From NCBI GenBank assembly GCA_035686075.1, contig DASRZU010000025.1, positions 10,759 to 74,758 of the forward strand: 64,000 nucleotides of DNA, written 5' to 3'. Positions 51,719-60,733 of the stretch are shown here, piece by piece (the stretch's first letter is position 1; each line of letters begins with the position of its first letter). The notes below the pieces were generated by a model. That model saw nothing but the letters and a program-made list of their open reading frames with translations, made no database searches and was not told the origin of the DNA. The position numbers and the translations under genes were made by a program. The stretch is from Anaeromyxobacter sp. (lineage in GTDB: Bacteria; Myxococcota; Myxococcia; Myxococcales; Anaeromyxobacteraceae).

Positions 51719-51746
51719 AGCGACGGTCCTCCCAAGGAGGCGGTTC

Positions 51747-52298
51747 ATGCAGGTGAACATCACCTTCCGGCACCTCGAGCCCTCTGATGCCCTGAAGAGC
51801 CACGTGCGCGATCGGGTGGAGCACGTGAAGCGCTACATCGAGCGGGCCAGCGAGGCTCACGCGGTCCTGCACGTCGAGAACCTAGACCATCATGCCGAGA
51901 TCACCGTCAAGGCCGGACGATTCCTCCTGCGCGGCTCCGCCAAGACGCAGGACATGTACGCCTCCATCGACGCCGCCGCCGAGAAGATCGAGCGCCAGCT
52001 GAAGAAATACAAGGAGAAGCTCAACACCTACAAGGTCAACGGAAACCACGTCGAGACGGCGCCGGTCGACGTTCGCCACGACATCCTCGACATCCTCGAG
52101 CACCCGGACCGGCGCAGCCACCGGGTGGTGAAGAGCACCAAGTTCCAGGCCAAGCCCATGTCCGTGGACGAGGCGCTTCTGCAACTCGACCTGCTCGATG
52201 CGAACTTCTACGTCTTCCAGAACGCGAAGGACCGCGCCATCAACGTCGTCTACCGGCGGGAGGACGGGAACTTCGGCCTCATCGAGGCCGAGACGTAA
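51747..52298 (+). CDS. hpf: Long-form ribosome hibernation factor (HPF/RaiA)
   Basis: ITFRH, DMYASID, ERQLKKYK, C-terminal KPMSVDEA...VYRR.DG.FGLI; AAGGAGG SD. Confidence 0.95.
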   Translation: MQVNITFRHLEPSDALKSHVRDRVEHVKRYIERASEAHAVLHVENLDHHAEITVKAGRFLLRGSAKTQDMYASIDAAAEKIERQLKKYKEKLNTYKVNGNHVETAPVDVRHDILDILEHPDRRSHRVVKSTKFQAKPMSVDEALLQLDLLDANFYVFQNAKDRAINVVYRREDGNFGLIEAET

Positions 52299-52409
52299 GG
52301 CGAGGGGTCTGGGAGGGGGCGTGAAGGGCGCGGACTCTAGCGCCCGGGTGTGCCGTGCTCCCTTGCGTCCTTGCCCCGGCGTTGCCAACTGTGCTAACGG
52401 CGGATCGCC

Positions 52410-52868
52410 ATGAAGATCGTCGAGTTCCTCCGGTCCGACTGCGTGATTGACAACCTGGCCGGGCGGACCGGGGCGGCGGTGTTGTCCGAGCTGTGCCGTC
52501 CGCTCGCCCAGGGCCAGAAGGTCGACGGCCAGAAGCTGCTCGACACGCTCCTCGAGCGGGAGAAGCTCGGCTCGACCGGGATCGGGGACGGAGTGGCCAT
52601 CCCCCATGGCAAGGTGTCCGGCCTGCCGACGCTTCTCGCGAGCTTCGGCCGCTCGGTCGAGGGCGTCGACTTCCGGGCCATCGATGGGCGCCCGACGAAC
52701 CTCTTCTTCGCGCTCTTCGCCCCCGAGAACTCGGCCGGTGCTCACCTCAAGGCCCTGGCCCGCATCAGCCGGATCTTCAAGAACGTCGGGTTCCGTGAGG
52801 CCATCATGAAGGCCCCGAACGCCGCCGAGATCTACCACCTCATCGAGACCGAAGACGCGAAGTACTGA
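52410..52868 (+). CDS. ptsN: PTS IIA (Ntr/fructose-type) component
   Basis: REKLGSTGIGDGVAIPH, HLKALARISR; rpoN-hpf context. Confidence 0.92.
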   Translation: MKIVEFLRSDCVIDNLAGRTGAAVLSELCRPLAQGQKVDGQKLLDTLLEREKLGSTGIGDGVAIPHGKVSGLPTLLASFGRSVEGVDFRAIDGRPTNLFFALFAPENSAGAHLKALARISRIFKNVGFREAIMKAPNAAEIYHLIETEDAKY

Positions 52869-52906
52869 TCCACGGGACGACCCGCGCGAGCCGTCTCGTC
52901 CGTCCT

Positions 52907-54961
52907 CTAGTCGCAGCGCGAGGTTTCGGGCTCCGGAAGGGGCCCGATGTCCTTCGCGTCCGAATAGCCGAGGCCGTACCCAAAGGGGAAGAGCGGGTTG
53001 GCCTTGCCGTCGCCCGCCGGCTCGCAGTTCACCGCCGGCCAGGAGAACGGCAACTTGCCTGTGAAATCGGGGGCGGGCCCGCCGCCCCGGCGCTTGAAGA
53101 GGAGCGAGGCGATCGCCGCCCCCTCGGTCCCCGGGAGCCAGGCCGCCACGAAGGCATCCGAGCGATTGAGCTCCTTGGTGGTGAGGAGCGGCCGGCCGGA
53201 GAGGAAGACGGTCACCACTGGTTTTCCCCGTCCGCTCACGCGGGACAAGACCTCCAAGTCCTCGGGGTGGAGCGCCGCGTGCTCCAGGGTCTCAGGGGCG
53301 CGCGGGTTCAGCCCCCTGGACAGGTCGCCGAAGAACTCGCTGTACGGAGTCTCGCCGATCACCGCGATAATCGCGTCGAAGCGGGAGAGGTCGATATCCC
53401 TTGCCTCCTCGCTGTAGGTGACCTTGCCCTTCCCAACCGCGTTTCGGATCCCGGCCAAGACCGTGCTCCCCGCGGGAAAGTCGCGGTTGGTGTTGTCCTT
53501 CCCCTGCCAGTCGAGGGTCCAGCCCCCGGTCTGGTTCCGAAGGCTGTCGGCGCTCTTGCCCACGACGAGAACCTTCATCCGCGGATCGAGGGGAAGGACG
53601 TGCCGGTCGTTCTTGAGGAGGACGAGGGACTTCTCCACTGCCTCGGCCGCGAGCTCGTGGTGCACGAGAAGGGACGCGTCCCCGGCGTTGGGCCGCTGGG
53701 AGGGTCGCGGCATGTCGAAGAGCCCCATTCGCATCTTCACCCGCAGGATACGGGTCACGGCCTCATCGATGCGGGACATGGGGACCTCGCCCTTCCTCAC
53801 CAGATCGACGGTACTCTCGAAGAACCCCCGCCACTCGTCGGCTACCATGAAGACGTCGATGCCCGCGTCGATGGCCCGCGCGCAGCGCGTCGGGGAACAG
53901 CCGGGGACCTGGCCGTGCCCCTTCCAATCGCCCACCACGATCCCGTCGAACCCCAGTCTTGCCCTGAGCACATCGGTGAGGAGATACCGGCTGCCGTGGA
54001 CCTTGGCTTCGGCCACTTGCGCGGCGGTGGTCGGTCCGGCCGCGGGCAGCCAGCTGTTGTAGGAGGCCATCACGGATTGCACCCCCGCTGACAGGGCACC
54101 GAGGAACCCCTGGGCGTGGACGTCGATGAGCTCCTGCTCCGGGGAGAGGTTCACGCCCTCGTCCACGCCGCGGAAGGTGCCGCCATCACCCAGGAAGTGC
54201 TTGGCCGTGGCGAGGACGCCGTAGGGCTTATTCGGGTCGGGGACGGGGCCCAGGTTCTGGAGACCGGCGACCATCTCCTGGGCGTAGACCCGGGTGAGGG
54301 CGGGGTTCTCGGAAAAGCCCTCGTACGTTCGGCCCCAGCGCACGTCGCGCGGAACCGTCACGCAGGGGGAGAAGGTCCAGTCGTGGCCGGTCGCGCGCAT
54401 TTGCTTGGCGGTGGCGATGCCGATGCGCCGGATGAGCGCCGGGTCATGGGTCGCCCCCAGGCCGATGTTCTGGGGAAAGACGGTGGCGCCGAAGATGCGC
54501 GCGTGGCCGTGGACGGCATCGATGCCCCAGAGGATCGGGATCTGCACCTTGGCGTCGGTGGACATCGACGCTTCCCACAGGCGGTCGGCGATGGCCAACC
54601 ACGCTGCCGCAGCCGCATGCCGGTCGTTCCCCGGCCAGCCCTCCCCGGCGGCGAGCACCGTGCCGATGTGATACTTGCGCACCTCGTCCGGGGTGACGCG
54701 GAACGCGTCGGGCTGGGTCATCTGGCCGACCTTCTCCTCTAGCGTCATGCCGGCCACGATGGCGGCGATGCGCACTTCCTCGGCGGGGTCTTTGGGGATG
54801 GGCCCCTCCACCCGGGTCCAGCCCGCGGCCGCGGGCGGGAGCGGGGGAATCCCCGGGGGCAAGAGCGGACCACTCGCGAGCGCGGACAGCGCGAAGAAAG
54901 GGAGGAGCGCGGCGAGCGCGCCGCGGATACGTGCGAAAGGGCCTGGCCACCAGGCGCGCAT
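52907..54961 (-). CDS. Secreted glycoside hydrolase family 3 (beta-glucosidase/exo-glucanase-like)
   Basis: EEKVGQM, IDAVHG, RWGRTYE, AKHF, nucleophile GDW, SLVLLKN, AWLPG; signal peptide. Confidence 0.93.
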   Translation of the reverse strand: MRAWWPGPFARIRGALAALLPFFALSALASGPLLPPGIPPLPPAAAGWTRVEGPIPKDPAEEVRIAAIVAGMTLEEKVGQMTQPDAFRVTPDEVRKYHIGTVLAAGEGWPGNDRHAAAAAWLAIADRLWEASMSTDAKVQIPILWGIDAVHGHARIFGATVFPQNIGLGATHDPALIRRIGIATAKQMRATGHDWTFSPCVTVPRDVRWGRTYEGFSENPALTRVYAQEMVAGLQNLGPVPDPNKPYGVLATAKHFLGDGGTFRGVDEGVNLSPEQELIDVHAQGFLGALSAGVQSVMASYNSWLPAAGPTTAAQVAEAKVHGSRYLLTDVLRARLGFDGIVVGDWKGHGQVPGCSPTRCARAIDAGIDVFMVADEWRGFFESTVDLVRKGEVPMSRIDEAVTRILRVKMRMGLFDMPRPSQRPNAGDASLLVHHELAAEAVEKSLVLLKNDRHVLPLDPRMKVLVVGKSADSLRNQTGGWTLDWQGKDNTNRDFPAGSTVLAGIRNAVGKGKVTYSEEARDIDLSRFDAIIAVIGETPYSEFFGDLSRGLNPRAPETLEHAALHPEDLEVLSRVSGRGKPVVTVFLSGRPLLTTKELNRSDAFVAAWLPGTEGAAIASLLFKRRGGGPAPDFTGKLPFSWPAVNCEPAGDGKANPLFPFGYGLGYSDAKDIGPLPEPETSRCD

Positions 54962-55131
54962 GTCGGACCTTTCCGGAAAGACTCCGAGGGTACGATGGGT
55001 CGATGAGGCGGCGGAAGGGGTCGACGGCCCGAGCGGGAAGCCTGATCCGCCGAGGGGGAGCGGTGCCTCGTCCCGGACCGTGCCGGGGATCGATCGCGGC
55101 CGCGCGGACGCTCGCCCGGTACACTAGCGAG

Positions 55132-56676
55132 GTGCTCCTCGTTGACGTCGCCTTGGCCTCGCGGGACGTCGCGGCCACTAGTTCGCGGCGAGAGAAGACC
55201 GCTCGGCTGGCCCGGCTCCTGCGAACGCTCGCCCCCGAGGAGCAGGTGGTGGTGGTGAACTGGCTCGCCGGCCAGCCGGCCCAGGGTCGCATCGGGCTAC
55301 GGTACGCCCGGACCGGCGAGGCGCTGGCCAACAGCGCGCCCGCCTCATCCCCCTCCCTCTCCGTGCTCGAGGTGCATGCGGCGCTGGGAGCATATGCCAC
55401 GGCCCGCGGTCCCGGCTCCGCCCTCGCCCGCCGGACCATCTTGGAGGAGCTCTTCGCCCGAGCCAGCCCCGAGGAGCGGCGGTTCCTGGCCGGGCTCCTC
55501 ACCGGCGAGCTCCGCCAGGGCGCTCTCGAAGGAGTGCTCATCGACGCGGTGGCCCAGGCCGCGAGCGCTCCCCCGGAGGCGGTGCGCCGCGCCGCCATGC
55601 TGTCCGGGTCGCTTCCCGCCGTGGCGGCGGCGGTACAGGGCGAGGGGGTGGGAGCGCTCGACCGCTTCCGGTTGCAACTCTTCTCACCCGTGAAACCCAT
55701 GCTGGCGCAGGCGGCCGGTAGCGCGACCGAGGCCCTGGAAGCCTTGGGGAAGGCCGCCCTCGAGTGGAAGCTCGATGGGGTGCGTATCCAGGTGCACCGG
55801 GAGGGCCAGACCGCTCGCGTCTTCTCGCGTACCCTTCGCGACGTGACGGAGGCAGTTCCGGAGGTGGCCGCGGTTGCGCGCGCCGCCCGCGCCCGGTCAC
55901 TGGTGCTCGACGGCGAGGCGCTGGCGGTGCGCGCCGACGGCACTCCGGAGCCGTTCCAGGTGACCATGAGGCGGTTCGGGCGGCGTCTCGACGTGGACCG
56001 GCTCGCGCCGGGGCTGCCGCTCACCGGCTTCTTCTTCGACCTGCTCCACCTCGATGGTGAGGACTTCCTCTCTCGGTCGAACGCCGACCGCCACGGGGCG
56101 CTCGCCCAGATCGTTCCCCCGGCTCATCTCGTCCCGCGCCTCGTCACGTCGGAGCCCGCCGAGGCGGAGGCCTTTCTGGAAGAGGCGCTCGCGCGGGGGC
56201 AGGAGGGACTTGTGGCCAAGTCGCTCGACGCGCCCTATCTGGCCGGTCGGCGCGGGGGCGCCTGGCTCAAGGTGAAGCGGGCCCGCACCCTGGACCTCGT
56301 GGTCCTGGCAGTCGAGCCGGGGAGCGGCAGGCGCCGGGGTTGGCTCTCCAACCTCCACCTTGGCGCGCGCGACCCGGCCCGCGGCGGCTTCGCCATGCTC
56401 GGCAAGACCTTCAAGGGCATGACCGATTCCATGCTGGAGTGGCAGACCGAGCGGCTGCGCGCCCTCGCGGTGGGGGACGACGGGTTCGTGGTCCGGGTGA
56501 GGCCGGAGCTGGTCGTCGAGGTGGCCTTCGACGGCATCCAGGCGAGCGCCAAGTACGAGAGCGGCCTGGCCTTGCGGTTCGCCCGGGTGAAGCGGTACCG
56601 GGAGGACAAGCGTGCCGACGAGGCGGACACCATCGACACGGTCCGAGAACTCCACGCGCTGAAGGGTGGGAGGTAG
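55132..56676 (+). CDS. ATP-dependent DNA ligase (LigB-like)
   Basis: PMLA, EWKLDG, LDGE, FDLL, EGLVAK, WLKVK, LRFAR; GTG 6 nt after TACACT. Confidence 0.95.
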   Translation: MLLVDVALASRDVAATSSRREKTARLARLLRTLAPEEQVVVVNWLAGQPAQGRIGLRYARTGEALANSAPASSPSLSVLEVHAALGAYATARGPGSALARRTILEELFARASPEERRFLAGLLTGELRQGALEGVLIDAVAQAASAPPEAVRRAAMLSGSLPAVAAAVQGEGVGALDRFRLQLFSPVKPMLAQAAGSATEALEALGKAALEWKLDGVRIQVHREGQTARVFSRTLRDVTEAVPEVAAVARAARARSLVLDGEALAVRADGTPEPFQVTMRRFGRRLDVDRLAPGLPLTGFFFDLLHLDGEDFLSRSNADRHGALAQIVPPAHLVPRLVTSEPAEAEAFLEEALARGQEGLVAKSLDAPYLAGRRGGAWLKVKRARTLDLVVLAVEPGSGRRRGWLSNLHLGARDPARGGFAMLGKTFKGMTDSMLEWQTERLRALAVGDDGFVVRVRPELVVEVAFDGIQASAKYESGLALRFARVKRYREDKRADEADTIDTVRELHALKGGR

Positions 56677-56884
56677 ACACCCGCGGGTTCGGATGAAGCG
56701 CTGTGGGCCTTCGAGGCGGGAGGCCCCAAAGGGCGTTGCCCGCACGGCACGCCGTGGTGGTAGGGGTTCAAGCGGAATCGGTTCCACGACTTCTGACGGC
56801 CGAGGGGCCCCGGCCGTCGCCGGGGCCCCACCGAGCGGATGCCCCCCAACCCCGGGCCTGCAGGCGGGCAGGGGAGGCGCTTTC

Positions 56885-57544
56885 ATGCCAAGGCTCCCTC
56901 GCGGGGTCGCCCCCGGACCCGATGGCCGTCTCCGCTGCGGCTGGTGCCTCTCCTCGCCCGACTACATCACCTACCACGATGAGGAGTGGGGCTTCCCGGT
57001 CGCCGACGAGGCGAAGCTCTTCGAGAAGCTTTGCCTCGAGGGATTTCAGTCGGGGCTGTCCTGGCTCACCATCCTGCGGAAGCGGCCCGCCTTCCGCCGG
57101 GAGTTTGAGGGCTTCGACCCGGCGCGCGTGGCCCGCTTCGGCCCTCGCCGCGTGGAGCAGCTCCTCCAAGAGCCGAGCATCGTGCGCCACCGCGGCAAGA
57201 TCGAGGCGGCCATCGGGAATGCTCGCCGCGCGCTGGAGCTCCGCAGGGAGGTGGGCTCCCTCGCGGCGCACCTCTGGAGCTTCGAGCCCAAGCCCCGGGC
57301 CCGGCCCAGGAGGCTCACCTGGGCGGTGCTCCGCGCCATTCCCCGGACCCCAGAGTCGACCGCGCTCTCCCGGGACCTCCGCCGCCGCGGTTTCCGCTTC
57401 GTCGGGCCGACCACCGCTTACGCCTTCATGCAGGCGATGGGGCTCGTGAACGACCATCTCGAGGGCTGCTCTGTCCGCCCGCGCGTGGAGCGAGCGCGGC
57501 GGGCGTTCCTTCGGCCAAAGGGCCGGCTCCCCCGCCGAACATGA
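56885..57544 (+). CDS. tag: DNA-3-methyladenine glycosylase I
   Basis: RCGW, YHDEEWG, LEGFQSGLSW, FVGPT, MQAMGLVNDH. Confidence 0.95.
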   Translation: MPRLPRGVAPGPDGRLRCGWCLSSPDYITYHDEEWGFPVADEAKLFEKLCLEGFQSGLSWLTILRKRPAFRREFEGFDPARVARFGPRRVEQLLQEPSIVRHRGKIEAAIGNARRALELRREVGSLAAHLWSFEPKPRARPRRLTWAVLRAIPRTPESTALSRDLRRRGFRFVGPTTAYAFMQAMGLVNDHLEGCSVRPRVERARRAFLRPKGRLPRRT

Positions 57545-57548
57545 TCCC

Positions 57549-58241
57549 TCACCCCCGCCGCCCCGCGAGCGCTTCCCCGCCCCCGACGGCACCGCTCGAC
57601 CCGAGCCAGCTCTCGATCCAAGAGTCCAGCTCTCCCAGCGACCGGAACAGGGCGTCCGGGCGGGCGGCAGCGAGGGCCTGGGCGTCCACGCCGGGGGCCC
57701 ATGCGGCCGCCAAGGCGAGCACGCCGGCGGCCCGGGCCGCGCGCACGTCGGCCACGAAGTCGCCGACATACGCGGTCCGGTCAAGGCTCACCCCGAAGGT
57801 TCGGGTGAGCTCCACGATATGCTCGGCCTTCACGTCGCCCTGGGGAGACCCGGTCCGCACCTCGTCGAAGAGCGGAGAGAGCCCGAGCTTTCCCAGCGTG
57901 ATCCGTGCGCTCTTTTGTCCCTTTCCGGTGACGAGGCCGAGCCGCAAGCCGCTCTGGCGGAGGCGGGTGAGAAGGTCGACCACGCCCGGGAAGGGGGCGG
58001 GGCACAGGTGGTGGGCGCGCTCGTACTCCTCCTCGTAGGTGGCGAGGCAGGCCTCCCAAGCCGCTGGCACCAGGCGCCGGAACATCCCTTCCTCGGTCTT
58101 CCCGAACTCGGCGGCGATCTCCCGGTCTCCGAAGACGCGTCCCGCGTGGCGCAACAGGCTCGTGCGGTGCGCGTGCAGGCAGAGGGGGAGTGAATCGGCT
58201 AGGGTGCCGTCGAGGTCGAAGAGGAGAGAAGAGCCACGCAT
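57549..58241 (-). CDS. HAD-family hydrolase
   Basis: FDLDGTL, VTGK, K, YVGDFVAD; ATG 7 nt after TAGCCT. Alternative start at 58295. Confidence 0.9.
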   Translation of the reverse strand: MRGSSLLFDLDGTLADSLPLCLHAHRTSLLRHAGRVFGDREIAAEFGKTEEGMFRRLVPAAWEACLATYEEEYERAHHLCPAPFPGVVDLLTRLRQSGLRLGLVTGKGQKSARITLGKLGLSPLFDEVRTGSPQGDVKAEHIVELTRTFGVSLDRTAYVGDFVADVRAARAAGVLALAAAWAPGVDAQALAAARPDALFRSLGELDSWIESWLGSSGAVGGGEALAGRRG

Positions 58242-58301
58242 GCGGAAGAGGCTACCAAAGGGCAGCGCGGGGCGCGCCCTGACATCTTTCCACACGCCGT
58301 C

Positions 58302-59642
58302 TCAGGGGGGCGGCTCCTCCAAGACCCGCCCCCGGACAACCTCGACCCGCACCCCCCCGAGGGGAAGGGCCTTCGCGCCGATGAGTCGCACCTCTCCCTC
58401 CGCCACCTTGACGTCGAGGCGGGTCGCGGGGGAGAAGCCCCGCAAGTCCAGAGTGAGCCGGCCCTTCCCCAGCCGGATCTGGACCGGCCAGGGTCCGTCG
58501 GCCGGAACCTGCACCCTTACCCTCGTTCGCCGCTCCGTGAACCAGCCGAGCTGGTCGAGCGAGAGCACCGCCACCCCATCCTCCTCGCGAAAGCCGAAGC
58601 CGAGGCGGCTCGTGGGAAAGCCGAAGGCCCGAACCTGGTACGAGACCCACAGGTCGGGACCGGCCCCCACCGCCACCGTGGCCTCGTCGAGCGCGATCTC
58701 CCATCGCTCTTCGGGTCCGGCCGCGAGTTCCGTGCGGCTGCGCGCGAACGTCTTGGACGAGAAGTACGGAGTGGCGAGGAGGACACCTAGGGTGAGCAGG
58801 GCCAAGGAGCCGCCCCCGAGCACCGTGGCCACCCGGGCCTTCAGGCGGTTCCGCTCGAGGCCCGGAGGGAGCGGGGCCGCAAGGGCGTGGTCCACGCCAA
58901 GGAGCGAGTACAGGCCCAGCGCGACCAGCCACACCATGCCGCCCGCCCAAACAACGTCGGATAGGAAGTGGCCGCCGGCCATCATCCGGGCCACGCCCAG
59001 GAGCAGGCCAGCGAAGAGTCCCACCGGCAGGGCGGCAAGCGCCAGCGCCCGTCGCCTTCGGCGAAGGATGAGGTATGGGGTCGCGAGGTAGAAGCCCATG
59101 GAGCAGTGGCCACAGGGGAAGGACTTGGCCTCATGGTCGGTGCCCCTCACCCAGACGGGCAAGAACCGCTCCTCCCCTCCCAACTCGACCACCTCGCGCG
59201 GACGGGGTCGGCCGTAGTGGTCCTTGAAGACCACATTGACGAGGAGCCCGGGACCGATCGCGACCACGAGCACGAGGAACAGGGCGGGCCGACGGGCGCG
59301 GAGGAGGCGGGCTGGGTACCAGTAGCTCAGGGTCAGGACCACGAGCGCCCCCGCGGCCAGGAGGACGCCGGACAGAACTCCGTACCGGTAGATGAACCGG
59401 AAGAACGGTTGCTCCGCCCAGGGCCAGCTGCAGCAAGGCGACCGAAACAGGTCGGCCGTCGCAAGGTCGAGACGGGTCGTCCAAAAGAGGGTGGTCGCGA
59501 CGGTCAGGACCGCGACCGAGACGAAGAGCTCGCGTCCGAGACCACCTGCGCGGGCAGCGCCCCCCGAAGCCGGGAGTTGGGCGGGGGCCGAGGGAGGCCG
59601 GTCCGAGGGAGGGGACGCCACGGCGGCGGCCGAGCCTGGCAC
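58302..59642 (-). CDS. PAP2-family membrane phosphatase with an extra C-terminal domain
   Basis: KDHYGRPRP, SFPCGH, RMMAGGHFLSD; start uncertain. Confidence 0.85.
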   Translation of the reverse strand: MPGSAAAVASPPSDRPPSAPAQLPASGGAARAGGLGRELFVSVAVLTVATTLFWTTRLDLATADLFRSPCCSWPWAEQPFFRFIYRYGVLSGVLLAAGALVVLTLSYWYPARLLRARRPALFLVLVVAIGPGLLVNVVFKDHYGRPRPREVVELGGEERFLPVWVRGTDHEAKSFPCGHCSMGFYLATPYLILRRRRRALALAALPVGLFAGLLLGVARMMAGGHFLSDVVWAGGMVWLVALGLYSLLGVDHALAAPLPPGLERNRLKARVATVLGGGSLALLTLGVLLATPYFSSKTFARSRTELAAGPEERWEIALDEATVAVGAGPDLWVSYQVRAFGFPTSRLGFGFREEDGVAVLSLDQLGWFTERRTRVRVQVPADGPWPVQIRLGKGRLTLDLRGFSPATRLDVKVAEGEVRLIGAKALPLGGVRVEVVRGRVLEEPPP

Positions 59643-59732
59643 GCCGGTCGCGCCCCTTGCAAGCGGTGGGAGGCCGCAGGGCGTCGTGAGCGGTGGACGG
59701 ATGGGGGAAAGGCACGGTAGGTGGGTTCCGGC

Positions 59733-60512
59733 ATGGCCGCCCTTTCCGCCGTCGTCATCACGAAGGACGAGGAGGACGAAATCGGCCGGACGCTCGACGC
59801 CCTGCGCTTCGCCGACGAGATCCTGGTGGTCGACTCGGGAAGCCGTGACCGCACCGTCGAGATCTGCCGCTCGCGAGGTGCCCGGGTGCTCTCGCGCCCC
59901 TTCGACGGGTACGGGCCGCAGAAGCGCTTCGCGGTGGAGCAGGCCCGAAACGACTGGGTCCTGTGCGTGGACGCGGACGAGGTCCTCTCGCCGCCGCTCG
60001 GAGACGCCATCCGGAAGCTCGTTTCCACCGGGCCACCCCTCCCCGCCTACCGGCTGACTTTCCACACCGTCTTCATGGGTCGGGCCCTGAGCCGCGGCGC
60101 CATCGGCCGTCGCGGCCACGTCCGCCTCTTCGACCGACGCCGCGCGCGCTGGACGCCCGCGCGCGTGCACGAGTCGGTGGAGGTGGACGGGCGGGTGGGA
60201 TCGCTGCCGGGGGTGGTGCTCCACCACAACGTGCGGGACCTCTCCGAGGCCCTCGCCAAGCTGAATCTCTACTCGCGGATGGGCGCCGAGGAACTCCTCC
60301 AAGGGGGCAAGCGGGCCCGGAACGTCGCCGCGCTCCTCGCCCTCACCCCGTACCACTTCCTCCGGTACTGGCTCCTCAACGGCAACGTGCTGAACGGGAT
60401 GCCGGGCTTCGGATGGGCATTCATGCTCACCGCCACCTCGGTGCTGAAGCACCTCAGGCTGCACGAGCTCCTGCGGGCCGGGGTGGAGAGTTCGACGAAG
60501 GGCCCCGGCTGA
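59733..60512 (+). CDS. Glycosyltransferase family 2 (WaaE/KdtX-like)
   Basis: ITKDEE, VVDSGS.D.T, GYGPQK, VDADE, RLF, VHE. Confidence 0.92.
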   Translation: MAALSAVVITKDEEDEIGRTLDALRFADEILVVDSGSRDRTVEICRSRGARVLSRPFDGYGPQKRFAVEQARNDWVLCVDADEVLSPPLGDAIRKLVSTGPPLPAYRLTFHTVFMGRALSRGAIGRRGHVRLFDRRRARWTPARVHESVEVDGRVGSLPGVVLHHNVRDLSEALAKLNLYSRMGAEELLQGGKRARNVAALLALTPYHFLRYWLLNGNVLNGMPGFGWAFMLTATSVLKHLRLHELLRAGVESSTKGPG

Positions 60513-60536
60513 AGACCCACGGCCGGCGCTAGAGTT

Positions 60537-60733
60537 CTAGTCCGAACTTCCAGCCGCAGAAGCGCGTAAGGGCTCGATCTCTCAGTGGGTTCCGGCCATC
60601 TCGCTGCGGCCGTTCTGTCTACACTGAGAATCCTGCGCTTCCTTTGACTTGCAGTGGATCAGGAAGTGAAGCCATCAACGAAAACCCCAGGAAATGCGGG
60701 GTTGCGTTCTGTCGCTGCGGAAGTTCAGTCTAG
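60537..60733. mobile_element. MITE-like or structured non-coding element flanked by CTAG
   Basis: CTAG-N3-GAACTTCC ... GGAAGTTC-N3-CTAG; imperfect inverted repeat extending about 30 nt; three internal hairpins; about 58% GC by hand count; no ORF in the track. Confidence 0.6.

Noticed and set aside
60537-60733. GAACTTC, GAAGTTC and CTAG recall an FRT site
   Set aside because: Orientation and spacing do not match the 34-bp FRT site; there is no sign of engineered sequence.
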